From a virus (Duplodnaviria; Heunggongvirae; Uroviricota; Caudoviricetes): a DNA stretch of 24,435 bases. The notes under the pieces were generated by a model. It ran no database searches, had not been told where the DNA came from, and saw only the letters and a list, made by a program, of their open reading frames with translations. This document shows, piece after piece, positions 1 to 10,029 of the stretch (position 1 is its first letter; each line of letters starts with the position of its first letter). Where the stretch lies: IMG/VR virus record IMGVR_UViG_2541047682_000003. The stretch is one strand, 5' to 3'. Position numbers and translations under genes: made by a program.

Positions 1-1143
1 CTATGCTGTTTTGATATCTACGATAATCCAGTCTTTACCACGATCATCATTGTATCGGTCGGTCATTTTTCTGGATTTATGGCCTAACAACTTTTGCGTA
101 TCCAGACCCTGTTCCCGATATAACCGTTCTGACAGAGATCGCTGCTCATGAAATGTGGGCGCAGTTCCTTGCTCCCATTTTATGCCACATTTTTCCCGGG
201 CCTTTTTAAAAGCCGTTGTCAGAGTATTCGCAGAAACCTGGTCTCCTCTGTTTGCTTGAGAGGTAGTGTGACGGTAATGGACCAGATATTTACTAACAAC
301 AGCATCCCTGCACTGAGATATAACTTCACGAAGGGTAATATTCAGAGCATCGCATTTCAGGTTAAGCGGAATAGCAAGTTTTGAACCGGTTTTTTCCTGA
401 GTAATGTGCAACATGTCGTCCCATATATCAGAGAATTTCAAATTGCAGATATCGCCTAAACGTTGTCCAGTAACAAGAGCAAGTAGCATGCCGCATTTTA
501 AATAGGGCTGCCGTCTGCTTACGCTGTCAAATATTGCCTGCCATTCGGGCAGTGACAATCTTTGGCGGTTTACTCGATTTCGTGGTTGTTTTGTTGCCTG
601 CGCTGGGTTAAATCCTGGCGGAACATGTCCTGCGTGTTGTGCTTCTTTGAAGACGTCGATCAACACCATTCTCACGACTTGCGCCATCCTGTTATGACCT
701 TCAGCCTTTACAGCATCAATTATTTCGGCAATATCAAGTGCGGTAATATCCTTGAGGTGTTGCATTCCACAATGCTCACGGAAAAGACGAATGGGTTTGC
801 CTTTTTGCCGATAGGAGTTGGGTCTTAGTTCATTATGTTGCAGCCTGTCCTCTTGGATAGAAATATATTTATCAAGCCATTCTGTCACCGTAATGTCTGA
901 GCGCCTGCCTTTCATTCTTTCCAGACGCTCATTGACGCTTAATATTTGTCTGGTACGTTGTTCAGCAATAATGGTATTTGCTTCAGTAGCAACTTGTTTT
1001 GCTTCATTCTCATCAGTTCCTAAGCTATGAAAACGACCGGATAGTGGATGTTTGTATTGCCAATATACCTTTCCGGTTCGCTTATCTAATTTGCAATATA
1101 AATTGGGTATAGAGATTTTGTGAGATCGGGGTCTAGCAGCCAT
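1..1143 (-). CDS. int: Phage tyrosine integrase (lambda Int family), complete
   Basis: 380-aa ORF with ATG at 1143-1141 and TAG at 3-1. C-terminal region (TFHEQRSLSERLY...LLGHKS...DRY) resembles the lambda Int catalytic domain. Overlaps the upstream xis by 11 nt as in lambda. Not identical to lambda Int, so a different att specificity is expected. Confidence 0.93.
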   Translation of the reverse strand: MAARPRSHKISIPNLYCKLDKRTGKVYWQYKHPLSGRFHSLGTDENEAKQVATEANTIIAEQRTRQILSVNERLERMKGRRSDITVTEWLDKYISIQEDRLQHNELRPNSYRQKGKPIRLFREHCGMQHLKDITALDIAEIIDAVKAEGHNRMAQVVRMVLIDVFKEAQHAGHVPPGFNPAQATKQPRNRVNRQRLSLPEWQAIFDSVSRRQPYLKCGMLLALVTGQRLGDICNLKFSDIWDDMLHITQEKTGSKLAIPLNLKCDALNITLREVISQCRDAVVSKYLVHYRHTTSQANRGDQVSANTLTTAFKKAREKCGIKWEQGTAPTFHEQRSLSERLYREQGLDTQKLLGHKSRKMTDRYNDDRGKDWIIVDIKTA

Positions 1144-1369
1144 CAGCGATTATCCTTTGGAGTTTTGGGTTTGCGTTTATTGGGAGTTGCGGTTCTGCAA
1201 GCGTTCCTACAAAACGGGAATTTCGGTCAATCATCCAGTAGCGACCAACTTTTATAGCGGGTGGGGCCATCATTTTCCCTTGCGCGTATTTTTTCAGAAC
1301 TCGCTCACTTGGTGCTAAGTCCCCAAATTCTTCTTTAGCCCAGTCCTGTAAAGTGATTAGTCGAGACAT
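1133..1369 (-). CDS. xis: Excisionase-like protein (Xis)
   Basis: 78-aa ORF immediately upstream of and overlapping int; strong RBS (GAGGAGG) before ATG at 1369. Position and size are typical of lambdoid excisionases; sequence is not lambda Xis. Confidence 0.7.
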   Translation of the reverse strand: MSRLITLQDWAKEEFGDLAPSERVLKKYAQGKMMAPPAIKVGRYWMIDRNSRFVGTLAEPQLPINANPKLQRIIADGC

Positions 1370-1508
1370 TTGTCCTCCTCTTAGCTGCTGAGGGAGTTTG
1401 TGACCGATATATCTGACATGATATTAAGCTCATGGCAGGTACATCTCTTGACTGGTCATAGAGATAAATTTAATGCTGAGAAATGCAGTATTGAATTTAT
1501 CAATTTTT

Positions 1509-1748
1509 CTATTTCCTGCGCATGTCACGTAACTTCTTAATGTGTTCTGCCGTTTCGATCTCTTCTGCTATCCGATCTGCATCAGCTTTATTCACAGGTT
1601 CAAAGTCATGATTAAAGCGGAACATGCTGGCGATACATGTTCTGCCTTTTCGGATGTAGTGAACTTTGTTGTGGGTAGAACGCAGGATTTTGCAGGGAGT
1701 GCCGTGGTGGTCGACGTACCAGGTGTTAGGGTCAATCACTCTGAACAT
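1509..1748 (-). CDS. Hypothetical small protein (exo-xis accessory region)
   Basis: 79-aa ORF, same strand as neighbours, 17-nt overlap with the upstream gene. No family recognised. Confidence 0.45.
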   Translation of the reverse strand: MFRVIDPNTWYVDHHGTPCKILRSTHNKVHYIRKGRTCIASMFRFNHDFEPVNKADADRIAEEIETAEHIKKLRDMRRK

Positions 1749-2061
1749 TCTTGACCTTGTGTTGTGCGGATTGATATTCAGTGCTGATATTCACCTTTAT
1801 AGCGAACACCTTTACCGGTTTATCGCCAAAGTGCGGATGTGTGATTGTCTTCACTTCATATCCGTCATACGGAACATCAATTCTGCGACTGGAATCGTCG
1901 CGCTTCGGATATCCCTTTGTGATAATCAGGCGGTCATATTCCCGGAACATAATTCGCTTATTCCAGTAGTCATTACACAAGCGATACTCTTCCGTTTTCT
2001 CTCCGCGAATCATGGCATCGAAGTATTCACTTTTAACAGCAAGTTGCAGGTTAGCCATCAC
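1732..2061 (-). CDS. ASCH-like (PUA-fold) domain protein
   Basis: 109-aa ORF containing GEKTEEYR, which matches the ASCH signature GxKxxExR. Its stop overlaps the start of the next gene. Confidence 0.5.
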   Translation of the reverse strand: MMANLQLAVKSEYFDAMIRGEKTEEYRLCNDYWNKRIMFREYDRLIITKGYPKRDDSSRRIDVPYDGYEVKTITHPHFGDKPVKVFAIKVNISTEYQSAQHKVKNVQSD

Positions 2062-2279
2062 TTAATCCCCCTTTGTTTGCGGATAAGCTCCAGATCTTGC
2101 TGGCAACTGGCGCAAGTCCGACAACCCTGAACGGCCAGGCGTCTTCGTTCATCTATCGGATCGCCACACTCACAACAATGAGTGGCAGATACAGCCAGGT
2201 AGTTCAGGCGGCGCATTTTTATTGCTGTGTTGCGCTGTAATTCTTCTATTTCTGATGCTGAATCAATGATGTCTGCCAT
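2058..2279 (-). CDS. TraR/DksA-family C4 zinc-finger protein (lambda Orf73-like)
   Basis: 73-aa ORF with CxxC...CxxC (CCECGDPIDERR...CRTCASCQ), the hallmark of TraR/DksA-type proteins. Lies in the same exo-xis position as lambda orf73. Confidence 0.8.
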   Translation of the reverse strand: MADIIDSASEIEELQRNTAIKMRRLNYLAVSATHCCECGDPIDERRRLAVQGCRTCASCQQDLELIRKQRGIK

Positions 2280-2329
2280 CTTTCATTAATCCCTGAACTG
2301 TTGGTTAATACGCTTGAGGGTGAATGCGA

Positions 2330-2356
2330 ACAATAAAAAAGGAGCCTGTAGCTCCC
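2330..2356 (-). terminator. Putative intrinsic terminator (minus strand)
   Basis: Hairpin GGAGC-CTGTA-GCTCC (2341-2355) followed on the minus strand by TTTTTTATT. Confidence 0.4.
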
Positions 2357-2472
2357 TGATAATTTTGCTTTTCATGTTCATCGTTCCTTAAAGACGCCGT
2401 TTAACATGCCGATTGCCAGGCTTAAATGAGTCGGTGTGAATCCCTTCAGCGTTACCGTTTCGCGGTGCTTCT

Positions 2473-2655
2473 TCAGTACGCTACGGCAAATGTCATTGAC
2501 GTTTTTGGAAACTGCTGTCTGACTTTTTTGATTTCAGAATTAGCCTGACGGGCAATGCTGCGAAGGGCGTTTTCTTGCTGAGGTGTCACTGAACAAGCCC
2601 CATGTCGGCAAGCATAAGCACACAGAATATGAAGCCCGCTGCCAGAAAAATGCAT
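2473..2655 (-). CDS. Small exo-xis region protein (lambda orf61 position)
   Basis: 60-aa ORF in the conserved order orf60a-orf63-orf61 downstream of exo. Confidence 0.45.
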   Translation of the reverse strand: MHFSGSGLHILCAYACRHGACSVTPQQENALRSIARQANSEIKKVRQQFPKTSMTFAVAY

Positions 2656-2665
2656 TCAGTGGTTG

Positions 2666-2857
2666 TCATACCTGGTCTCTCTCATCTGCTTCTGCTTTCG
2701 CCACCATCATTTCCAGCTTTTGTGAAAGGGATGTGGCTAACGTATGAAATTCTTCGTCTGTTTCTGCTGGTATTGGCACAAACCTGACTCCAATTTGAGC
2801 AAGGCTATGTGCCAAATCAATACTCGTTCTTAACTCAACAGGAGATGCTTTGTGCAT
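2666..2857 (-). CDS. Small exo-xis region protein (lambda orf63-like)
   Basis: 63-aa ORF; size and position match lambda orf63. Confidence 0.5.
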   Translation of the reverse strand: MHKASPVELRTSIDLAHSLAQIGVRFVPIPAETDEEFHTLATSLSQKLEMMVAKAEADERDQV

Positions 2858-3018
2858 ACCGCCCCCCGTTTATTATTTATCTCCTCAGCCAGCCGCTGGG
2901 CTTTCAGCGGATTTCGGATAACAGAAAGACCGTGAAATACCCAGCCTCGCTTTGTAACGGAGTAGACGAAAGTGATCGCGCCTACCCGGATATTATCGTG
3001 AGGATGGGTCATCGCCAT
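2830..3018 (-). CDS. Small exo-xis region protein (lambda orf60a-like)
   Basis: 62-aa ORF (60 aa from the second Met) overlapping the 3' end of exo, as orf60a does in lambda. Confidence 0.55.
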   Translation of the reverse strand: MAMTHPHDNIRVGAITFVYSVTKRGWVFHGLSVIRNPLKAQRLAEEINNKRGAVCTKHLLLS

Positions 3019-3689
3019 TGCTCTCCAAATACAAAACCAATTTCAGCCAGTGCTTCGTCCATTTTTTCGATGAACTCCGGCACCATCTCGTCAAAACTCG
3101 CCATGTACTTTTCATCCCGTTCAACCACGACATAATGCAGGCCTTCACGCTTCATTCGTGGGTCATAGTTGGCAAAGTACCAGGCATCTTTTCGTGTCAC
3201 CCACATGCTGTACTGCACCTGGGCCATGTAAGCCGACTTTATGGCCTCGAAACCACCGAGCCGGAACTTCATGAAATCCCGGGAGGTAAACGGGCATTTC
3301 AGCTCAAGGCCATTGCCGTCACTGCATAAACCATCGGGAGAGCAGGCGGTGCGCATACTTTCGTCGCGATAGATGATCGGGGATTCAGTAACATTCACGC
3401 CGGAAGTGAATTCAAACAGGGTTCTGGCGTCGTTCTCGTACTGTTTTCCCCACGCCAGCGCCTTAGCATTAACTTCCGGAGCCACACCGGTGCAAACCTC
3501 AGCCAGCAGGGTGTGGAAGTAGGACATTTTCATGTCAGGCCACTTCTTTCCTGAGCGGGGCTTTGCTATCACGTTGTGAACTTCTGAAGCGGTGATGACG
3601 CCGAGCCGTAATTTGTGCCATGCATCATCCCCCTGTTCGACAGCTCTCACGTCGATCCCGGTACGCTGCAGGATAATGTCCGGTGTCAT
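3009..3689 (-). CDS. exo: Lambda exonuclease (Red-alpha)
   Basis: 226-aa ORF that matches lambda Exo almost residue for residue as recalled ([36 protein letters not shown]...). 4-nt overlap with bet. Confidence 0.97.
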   Translation of the reverse strand: MTPDIILQRTGIDVRAVEQGDDAWHKLRLGVITASEVHNVIAKPRSGKKWPDMKMSYFHTLLAEVCTGVAPEVNAKALAWGKQYENDARTLFEFTSGVNVTESPIIYRDESMRTACSPDGLCSDGNGLELKCPFTSRDFMKFRLGGFEAIKSAYMAQVQYSMWVTRKDAWYFANYDPRMKREGLHYVVVERDEKYMASFDEMVPEFIEKMDEALAEIGFVFGEQWR

Positions 3690-4471
3690 GCTGCCACCTT
3701 CTGCTCAGTGGCTTTCTGTTTCAGGAATCCAAGAGCTTTCACTGCTTCGGCCTGTGTCAGTTCTGACGATGCGCGAATGTCGCGGCGAAATATCTGGGAA
3801 CAGAGCGGCAATAAGTCGTCATCCCATGTTTTGTCCAGGGCAATCAGCAGAGTGTTAATCTCCTGCATGGTTTCATCGTTAACCGGAGTGATGTCGCGTT
3901 CCGGCTGACGTTCTGCAGTGTATGCGGTATTTTCGACAATGCGCTCGGCTTCATCCTTGTCATAGATACCAGCAAATCCGAAGGCCAGACGGGCACACTG
4001 AATCATGGCTTTATGCCGTAACATCCGTTTGGGATGCGACTGCCACGGCCCCGTGATTTCTCTGCCTTCGCGGGTTTTGAATGGTTCGCGGCGGCATTCA
4101 TCCATCCACTCGGTAACGCAGATCGGATGATTGCGGTCTTTGCGGTAAATCCGGCATGTACATGATTCATTGTCCTGCTCAAAGTCCATACCATCAAACT
4201 GCTGGTTTTCATTGATGATGCGGGACCAGCCATCAACGCCCACCACCGGAACAATGCCGTTCTGCTTATCAGGGAAGGCGTAAATTTCTTTCGTCCACGG
4301 ATTAAGGCCGTACTGGTTGGCGACGATCAACAATGCGATGAACTGCGCATCGCTGGCATCACCTTTAAATGCCGTCTGGCGAAGAGTGGTGATCAGTTCC
4401 TGTGGGTCGACAGAATCCATGCCGACACGTTCAGCCAGCTTCCCTGCCAGCGTTGCGAGTGCTGTACTCAT
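3686..4471 (-). CDS. bet: Red-beta single-strand annealing protein
   Basis: 261-aa ORF matching lambda Bet as recalled ([37 protein letters not shown]...). Confidence 0.97.
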   Translation of the reverse strand: MSTALATLAGKLAERVGMDSVDPQELITTLRQTAFKGDASDAQFIALLIVANQYGLNPWTKEIYAFPDKQNGIVPVVGVDGWSRIINENQQFDGMDFEQDNESCTCRIYRKDRNHPICVTEWMDECRREPFKTREGREITGPWQSHPKRMLRHKAMIQCARLAFGFAGIYDKDEAERIVENTAYTAERQPERDITPVNDETMQEINTLLIALDKTWDDDLLPLCSQIFRRDIRASSELTQAEAVKALGFLKQKATEQKVAA

Positions 4472-4476
4472 CCGTT

Positions 4477-4773
4477 TTATACCTCTGAATCAATATCAGC
4501 CTGATGGTGAGCAATGGTTTCAACTATGTACCGGATGTGTTCTGCCATGCGCTCCTGAAACTCAACATCGTCATCAAACGCACGGGTAATGGCTTTTTTG
4601 CTGGCCCCGTGGCGTTGTAAATGATCGATGCATAGCGATTCAAACAGGTGCTGGGGCAGGCCTTTTTCCATGTCGTCTGCCAGTTCTGCCTCTTTCTCTT
4701 CACGGGCGATCTGCTGGTAGTGACGCGCCCAGCTCTGAGCCTCAAGACGATCCTGAATGTAATAAGCGTTCAT
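4477..4773 (-). CDS. gam: Gam (short form GamS), RecBCD inhibitor
   Basis: 98-aa ORF starting [21 protein letters not shown]..., corresponding to lambda GamS. The upstream ATG at 4894 ([14 protein letters not shown]...) is out of frame (see findings). Confidence 0.93.
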   Translation of the reverse strand: MNAYYIQDRLEAQSWARHYQQIAREEKEAELADDMEKGLPQHLFESLCIDHLQRHGASKKAITRAFDDDVEFQERMAEHIRYIVETIAHHQADIDSEV

Positions 4774-4848
4774 GGCTGAACTCCTGAAAATGGCTGTGAA
4801 AATATCGCCCGCGAAATGCCAGGCTGATTAGGAAAACAGGAAAGGGGG

Positions 4849-4992
4849 TTAGTGAATGCTTTTGCTTGATCTCAGTTTCAGTATTAATATCCATTTTTTA
4901 TAAGCGTCGACGGCCTCACGAAACATCTTTTCATCGCCAATAAAAGTGGCGATAGTGAATTTAGTCTGGATAGCCATAATTGTTTGATCCAT
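4849..4992 (-). CDS. kil: Kil (host-killing/FtsZ inhibitor peptide)
   Basis: 47 codons from ATG at 4992 ([47 protein letters not shown]). Overlaps the gam upstream region and the cIII 3' end as in lambda. Confidence 0.8.
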   Translation of the reverse strand: MDQTIMAIQTKFTIATFIGDEKMFREAVDAYKKWILILKLRSSKSIH

Positions 4993-5125
4993 TTTTTGGG
5001 ACTCCTGGCTGATTAAGTATGTCGATAAGGCGTTTCCATCCGTCACGTAATTTACGGGTGATTCGTTCAAGTAAAGATTCGGAAGGGCAGCCAGCAACAG
5101 GCCACCCTGCAATGGCATATTGCAT
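4961..5125 (-). CDS. cIII: CIII (FtsH/HflB protease inhibitor)
   Basis: Hand-translated 54 codons from ATG at 5125: [54 protein letters not shown], then TAA at 4963-4961. Below the ORF-track length cutoff. Confidence 0.85.
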   Translation of the reverse strand: MQYAIAGWPVAGCPSESLLERITRKLRDGWKRLIDILNQPGVPKNGSNNYGYPD

Positions 5126-5197
5126 GGTGTGCTCCTTATTTATACATAACGAAAAACGCCTCGAGTGAAGCGTAATTGGTATGCGGTAACGCCGCGC

Positions 5198-5566
5198 TCA
5201 GGCGGCCTTGATAGTCATATCATCTGAATCAAATATTCCTGATGTATCGATATCGGTAATTCTTATTCCTTCACTACCATCCATTGGAGGCCATCCTTCC
5301 TGACCATTTCCATCATTCCAGTCGAACTCACACACAACACCATATGCATTTAAGTCGCTTGAAATTGCTATAAGCAGAGCATGTTGCGCCAGCATGATTA
5401 ATACAGCATTTAATACAGAGCCGTGTTTATTGAGTCGGTATTCAGAGTCTGACCAGAAATTATTAATCTGGTGAAGTTTTTCCTCTGTCATTACGTCATG
5501 GTCAATTTCAATTTCTATTGATGCTTTCCAGTCGTAATCAATGATGTATTTTTTGATGTTTGACAT
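5198..5566 (-). CDS. ea10: Ea10-like early protein
   Basis: 122-aa ORF; size, position and sequence as recalled for lambda Ea10. Confidence 0.75.
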   Translation of the reverse strand: MSNIKKYIIDYDWKASIEIEIDHDVMTEEKLHQINNFWSDSEYRLNKHGSVLNAVLIMLAQHALLIAISSDLNAYGVVCEFDWNDGNGQEGWPPMDGSEGIRITDIDTSGIFDSDDMTIKAA

Positions 5567-5583
5567 CTATTCATATCCTCATA

Positions 5584-5612
5584 GATAAAAAATCGCCCTC
5601 ACACTGGAGGGC
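5584..5612 (-). terminator. Putative intrinsic terminator (minus strand) between ral and ea10
   Basis: Hairpin GCCCTC-ACACTG-GAGGGC (5595-5612) followed on the minus strand by GATTTTTTATCT. Confidence 0.45.
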
Positions 5613-5748
5613 AAAGAAGATTTCCAATAATCAGAACAAGTCGGCTCCTGTTTAGTTACGAGCGACATTGCTCCGTGTATTCACTCGTTGGAATGAATAC
5701 ACAGTGCAGTGTTTATTCTGTTATTTATGCCAAAAATAAAGGCCACTA

Positions 5749-5949
5749 TCAGGCAGCTTTGTTGTTCTGTTTACCAAGTTCTCTGGCAATCATTGCCGTC
5801 GTTCGTATTGCCCATTTATCGACATATTTCCCATCTTCCATTACAGGAAACATTTCTTCAGGCTTAACCATGCATTCCGATTGCAGCTTGCATCCATTGC
5901 ATCGTTTGAATTGTCCACACCATTGATTTGTATCAATAGTCGTAGTCAT
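5749..5949 (-). CDS. ral: Ral restriction-alleviation protein
   Basis: 66-aa ORF matching lambda Ral as recalled (MTTTID.NQWCGQFKRCNGCKLQSECMVKPEE...). Confidence 0.9.
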   Translation of the reverse strand: MTTTIDTNQWCGQFKRCNGCKLQSECMVKPEEMFPVMEDGKYVDKWAIRTTAMIARELGKQNNKAA

Positions 5950-6019
5950 ACGGATAGTCCTGGTATTGTTCCATCACATCTTGAGGATGCTCTTCGAACT
6001 CTTCAAATTCTTCTTCCAT
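5933..6019 (-). CDS. Small acidic peptide (lambda orf28-like)
   Basis: Hand-translated 28 codons: MEEEFEEFEEHPQDVMEQYQDYPYDYDY. RBS AAGGTGA upstream; 17-nt overlap with the ral start, same geometry as lambda orf28/ral. Confidence 0.55.
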   Translation of the reverse strand: MEEEFEEFEEHPQDVMEQYQDYPYDYDY

Positions 6020-6162
6020 ATATCACCTTAAATAGTGGATTGCGGTAGTAAAGATTGTGCCTGTCTTTTAACCACATCAGGCTCGGTGGTTCTCGTGTAC
6101 CCCTACAACGAGAAATCGGATAAACTCTATTCACCCCTACAGAGAGCAAAAGAGAAACGCCG

Positions 6163-6744
6163 ATGAACAACTCATGGTGGCAGGAACTAATGCATTTTTT
6201 CCTGCAAGGAATGACACTTAAACAGTTGATTCATATGCTAATCATCCTGATCATATTGATTATTGTTATGCCGGTAAGCGTAAAAGAATGGATAAACCTG
6301 CATAATCCAGAAATCCTTCCTCATTACTGGATGTATTACATCCTGTTGTTTTGCGTTAGCTATGTGCTTAACGGCGTTGTTAATTCCGCTTATCACGCTG
6401 TGACTGAAAGAATTGAGGTATTCGCTGCTCAGAAGCGCAAATCTAAAGAAGAAAAATATGTGCAAGATTTGTTTGATTCGTTAACTCTTGGAGAAAGAGC
6501 GTATTTGGCATTCGCTGTAGCCGCTAATAACCAGCTACAAACGGAAAAGGGCGCTCATGAATCAATTTCATTGCTCAAAAAAGGACTCCTCGTTCGAAGG
6601 CCTCCTGCTGTTGGATATCCTGATACCGACCGTTTCGTTATCCCTGAAAGCTATAGACATGAGTGCTACATTAGGTTTGCCGGGAAGGCAGACAGCCTTA
6701 TGGATGAACTTATCGCTCAGGATAAGCATGGCAAAAACAAGTAA
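6163..6744 (+). CDS. sieB: SieB-like superinfection exclusion protein (membrane)
   Basis: 193-aa ORF with a strongly hydrophobic N-terminal segment (LIHMLIILIILIIVMPV); sequence as recalled for lambdoid SieB. Converges on the N gene. True start may be an internal Met. Confidence 0.75.
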   Translation: MNNSWWQELMHFFLQGMTLKQLIHMLIILIILIIVMPVSVKEWINLHNPEILPHYWMYYILLFCVSYVLNGVVNSAYHAVTERIEVFAAQKRKSKEEKYVQDLFDSLTLGERAYLAFAVAANNQLQTEKGAHESISLLKKGLLVRRPPAVGYPDTDRFVIPESYRHECYIRFAGKADSLMDELIAQDKHGKNK

Positions 6745-7045
6745 TTAGCAAATGAATTTATCATCTCGCCGTCAGTTGTTTTGATTTCCGGTAGCCTGCC
6801 GCGTAAAGAGCTACGTTCGGAAGACAAGTTGAACCTTCATATTTTCTGGTCAACGTTGTCAGAGTTATCACTTCTGCTCTCATTGCTGGTTTGAGCTTGC
6901 ATTGCAAGACCACTCGTGAAGGGGTTGGCCTGTGTAGCTTGTCGGAGCTGATCGCCTCCTGACTTTGCAGATTTGCGCGACGAGCTCTACGGCGAGAAGC
7001 TGCGGTGCCTTTAAATGAAGTGGTCAACAAAAACTGGCCACCGAG

Positions 7046-8193
<1,148 letters not shown>

Positions 8194-8384
8194 TATGGCA
8201 CCTGTGTTGTTCTGAGGTGAGCATATCACCTCTGTTCAGGTGGCCAAATTCAGTAAACCACTTCAAAATTCTGTTTTTCTGGACATGGATTCCTCCCGAA
8301 TAAACTTTGGCGATGCAATCTCGAAGCTCCTCCTGAGACGGTTGCTTCGGCATTGCATCCCACAGCTTATGTGGTTGGGTGATC

Positions 8385-8430
8385 TGGCTTTTCAGCCACG
8401 TAGTCGAGAGTCGACGTTGTTTAAAGAGCC
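8385..8430 (-). promoter_or_regulatory. Putative nutL (boxA + boxB)
   Basis: Minus-strand read: boxA-like GGCTCTTTAA (revcomp of 8421-8430), then ACAACG, a small hairpin, TACG, and a boxB-like hairpin TGGCT-GAAA-AGCCA (8385-8398). Same architecture as the site downstream of cro. Confidence 0.55.
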
Positions 8431-8469
8431 TGCCAGTCTGTTCCATTTGGCTTCCAGCGTCCTGCTGAC

Positions 8470-8515
8470 GGTTAAATAGTACGATATGTACTTTACAAGA
8501 TCAATACAATTTGTT
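8470..8515 (-). promoter_or_regulatory. Putative pL promoter with OL operators
   Basis: Minus-strand read: -35 TTGATC (8504-8499), 17-nt spacer, -10 TACTAT (8481-8476). Operator-like palindrome AGTAC-ATATC-GTACT (8478-8492) overlaps the spacer and -10; a second ATTGTATT motif lies at 8503-8510. Confidence 0.5.
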
Positions 8516-8689
8516 GTAAGTTGGCGTGGTTTTTTATAACGCTTTGTATTTAATAGTGTTGTTTTTTAGCGTGGATGTATTGCCTCGGCGATGTAAGGAG
8601 AGATCAGAATTGCGTGGTTTAGTGGGTTGCATCTATTTATTTTTCAATAAATATAATTGGTTATGTGTTTTTAGGTGGGCGAACGTGAG

Positions 8690-8720
8690 GCAAAGAAAAC
8701 CCGGCGCTGAGGCCGGGTTG
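8690..8720 (-). terminator. Intrinsic terminator closing the cI operon (minus strand)
   Basis: 8-bp GC-rich stem AACCCGGC/GCCGGGTT with 6-nt loop, followed on the minus strand by TTCTTTG; immediately after the stop of the 250-aa ORF. Confidence 0.6.
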
Positions 8721-8722
8721 TA

Positions 8723-9475
8723 TTATGCTGCAAGTCTCTTAACCCAAGTCTCTCTTTTGGAGAATGGTAGAACTTGGCTTGATTCATGGAAGAGTAAGGA
8801 GAGTTGTTGCATTTGATCACCAATTGCTTCGCTGTCTATAACAACAAATCTGTTGTTATACTCCTCACTTGAAGCTTTAAGATCAATTAGTTTCCCAAGC
8901 AATGAGTAAGCACTATTCCAGCTTCCTCCGTGTTTCACGCTTGATGTAAAAACGTATTTAGGTATGTCGGTTTTTATTGTTACAGGGACGGTAATTTGAT
9001 GTCCACTCAAGCCATATACGTTTTCACGAAGAGAAAGTGCGTCTCTAAGCTCTGTGTGATATAGATAATCAATAACCATACTTTCAAACTTTTCAGCTTG
9101 AACTGGCTGATACCAGTCTAACGACAAAGTTGATGCGAGTATACCAGCTCTAATTATGTTCGATGTAATCGCACCGACATCCTTTTCTGTTGCCCAAGCA
9201 ATGATTTCTCCTCGAGCATTGAGTTCTGCGCCTTCTTTAAGCAGTAATTGTCGTATCTCATCAAGTCGTTTTTTGGTAAGCGAGATCCCTCTTGCCTCCA
9301 TATTCATTAAGGCATCGCATCTGTCACTAACTAAATACCTACCATTGACTTCACGGATAAAGGCACCGACATGCTCTCCATCATCACAGTAAGTGAATGG
9401 ACTGATAATTCTCAAGGTCTTGCCTATTGGATGGCATTCGAAACCTAGTTGTGAGATCACTGTTGAGCACATCAT
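8723..9475 (-). CDS. Uncharacterised protein B of the cI-linked two-gene cassette
   Basis: 250-aa ORF; its ATG (9475-9473) overlaps the TGA of the upstream ORF (ATGA). No family or catalytic motif recognised. AT-rich by eye. Confidence 0.7.
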   Translation of the reverse strand: MMCSTVISQLGFECHPIGKTLRIISPFTYCDDGEHVGAFIREVNGRYLVSDRCDALMNMEARGISLTKKRLDEIRQLLLKEGAELNARGEIIAWATEKDVGAITSNIIRAGILASTLSLDWYQPVQAEKFESMVIDYLYHTELRDALSLRENVYGLSGHQITVPVTIKTDIPKYVFTSSVKHGGSWNSAYSLLGKLIDLKASSEEYNNRFVVIDSEAIGDQMQQLSLLFHESSQVLPFSKRETWVKRLAA

Positions 9476-10029
9476 ATTCCAAACCCCATTTGCCCCGACT
9501 CATCTTCAAGCGGTAAAGGTATTCTCCCAGAGTAAGTTATGTTCAGATGTTTACAGAAGTAATTCCAATACCCTACCAGGTCATCTGGGTTTATGTCATC
9601 TTCGATTGGAAACGCTATTCTATCACTATAGTATCCAGCTTCTTCATAGTATACATGGTAGTGAGCACCGTAAATGATATCTTGGTACTTCGGATGATCG
9701 ACCTTGTAACTATTCGTGTGTTTGTCAAAGTGATAGGTATCTACCGCGAAAACCCTCTTGTTATGATAGAAAGCAATAATATTTATTTTAGGGTAAGAAA
9801 TCGGGTCATCAGGTTCTGAATCCTGATCTGGTTTCCATTTCAGTTCAAACTTTAGCCCTTGTATAGGTATACAATCCTCATCCAAGGGGATGATATGGGC
9901 TTGTAGCCACATATCAGAGCGACTTGGTTTCTGTTTCCATTTAACGCCAGAAAAGTTAACTATTTTTTTACAATAAAGTACTTTATCAACTTCTACTTGG
10001 CTTGGCTGATAATCATCTATTTTTGCCAA
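9472..10029 (-). CDS. Uncharacterised protein A of the cI-linked two-gene cassette
   Basis: 185-aa ORF starting 39 nt downstream of the cI stop. First codon is TTG directly after an in-frame TAA, so the start is non-canonical or uncertain. Tyr/His/Asp/Pro-rich, no TM segment, no family recognised. Confidence 0.65.
   Translation of the reverse strand: MAKIDDYQPSQVEVDKVLYCKKIVNFSGVKWKQKPSRSDMWLQAHIIPLDEDCIPIQGLKFELKWKPDQDSEPDDPISYPKINIIAFYHNKRVFAVDTYHFDKHTNSYKVDHPKYQDIIYGAHYHVYYEEAGYYSDRIAFPIEDDINPDDLVGYWNYFCKHLNITYSGRIPLPLEDESGQMGFGI

Noticed and set aside
1-3. attL / prophage left boundary
   Set aside because: The integrase stop codon is at the very first bases of the window, so the attachment site core must lie outside the window and cannot be called.
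148-1030. Three plus-strand ORFs (70-88 aa) inside the integrase gene
   Set aside because: Antisense to int, with no RBS or family resemblance.
4849-5118. 89-aa ORF reading MPLQGG... upstream of kil
   Set aside because: Only the last 47 codons (from ATG 4992) correspond to Kil; the N-terminal extension overlaps cIII in another frame and lacks an RBS.
8526-8816. 96-aa plus-strand ORF spanning the terminator and the 3' end of cassette gene B
   Set aside because: It overlaps the convergent terminator hairpin and is antisense to gene B. An AAGGAGAG RBS-like sequence with a TTG start exists near 8598-8618, but the product is low-complexity; considered unlikely, though a small divergent transcript cannot be excluded.
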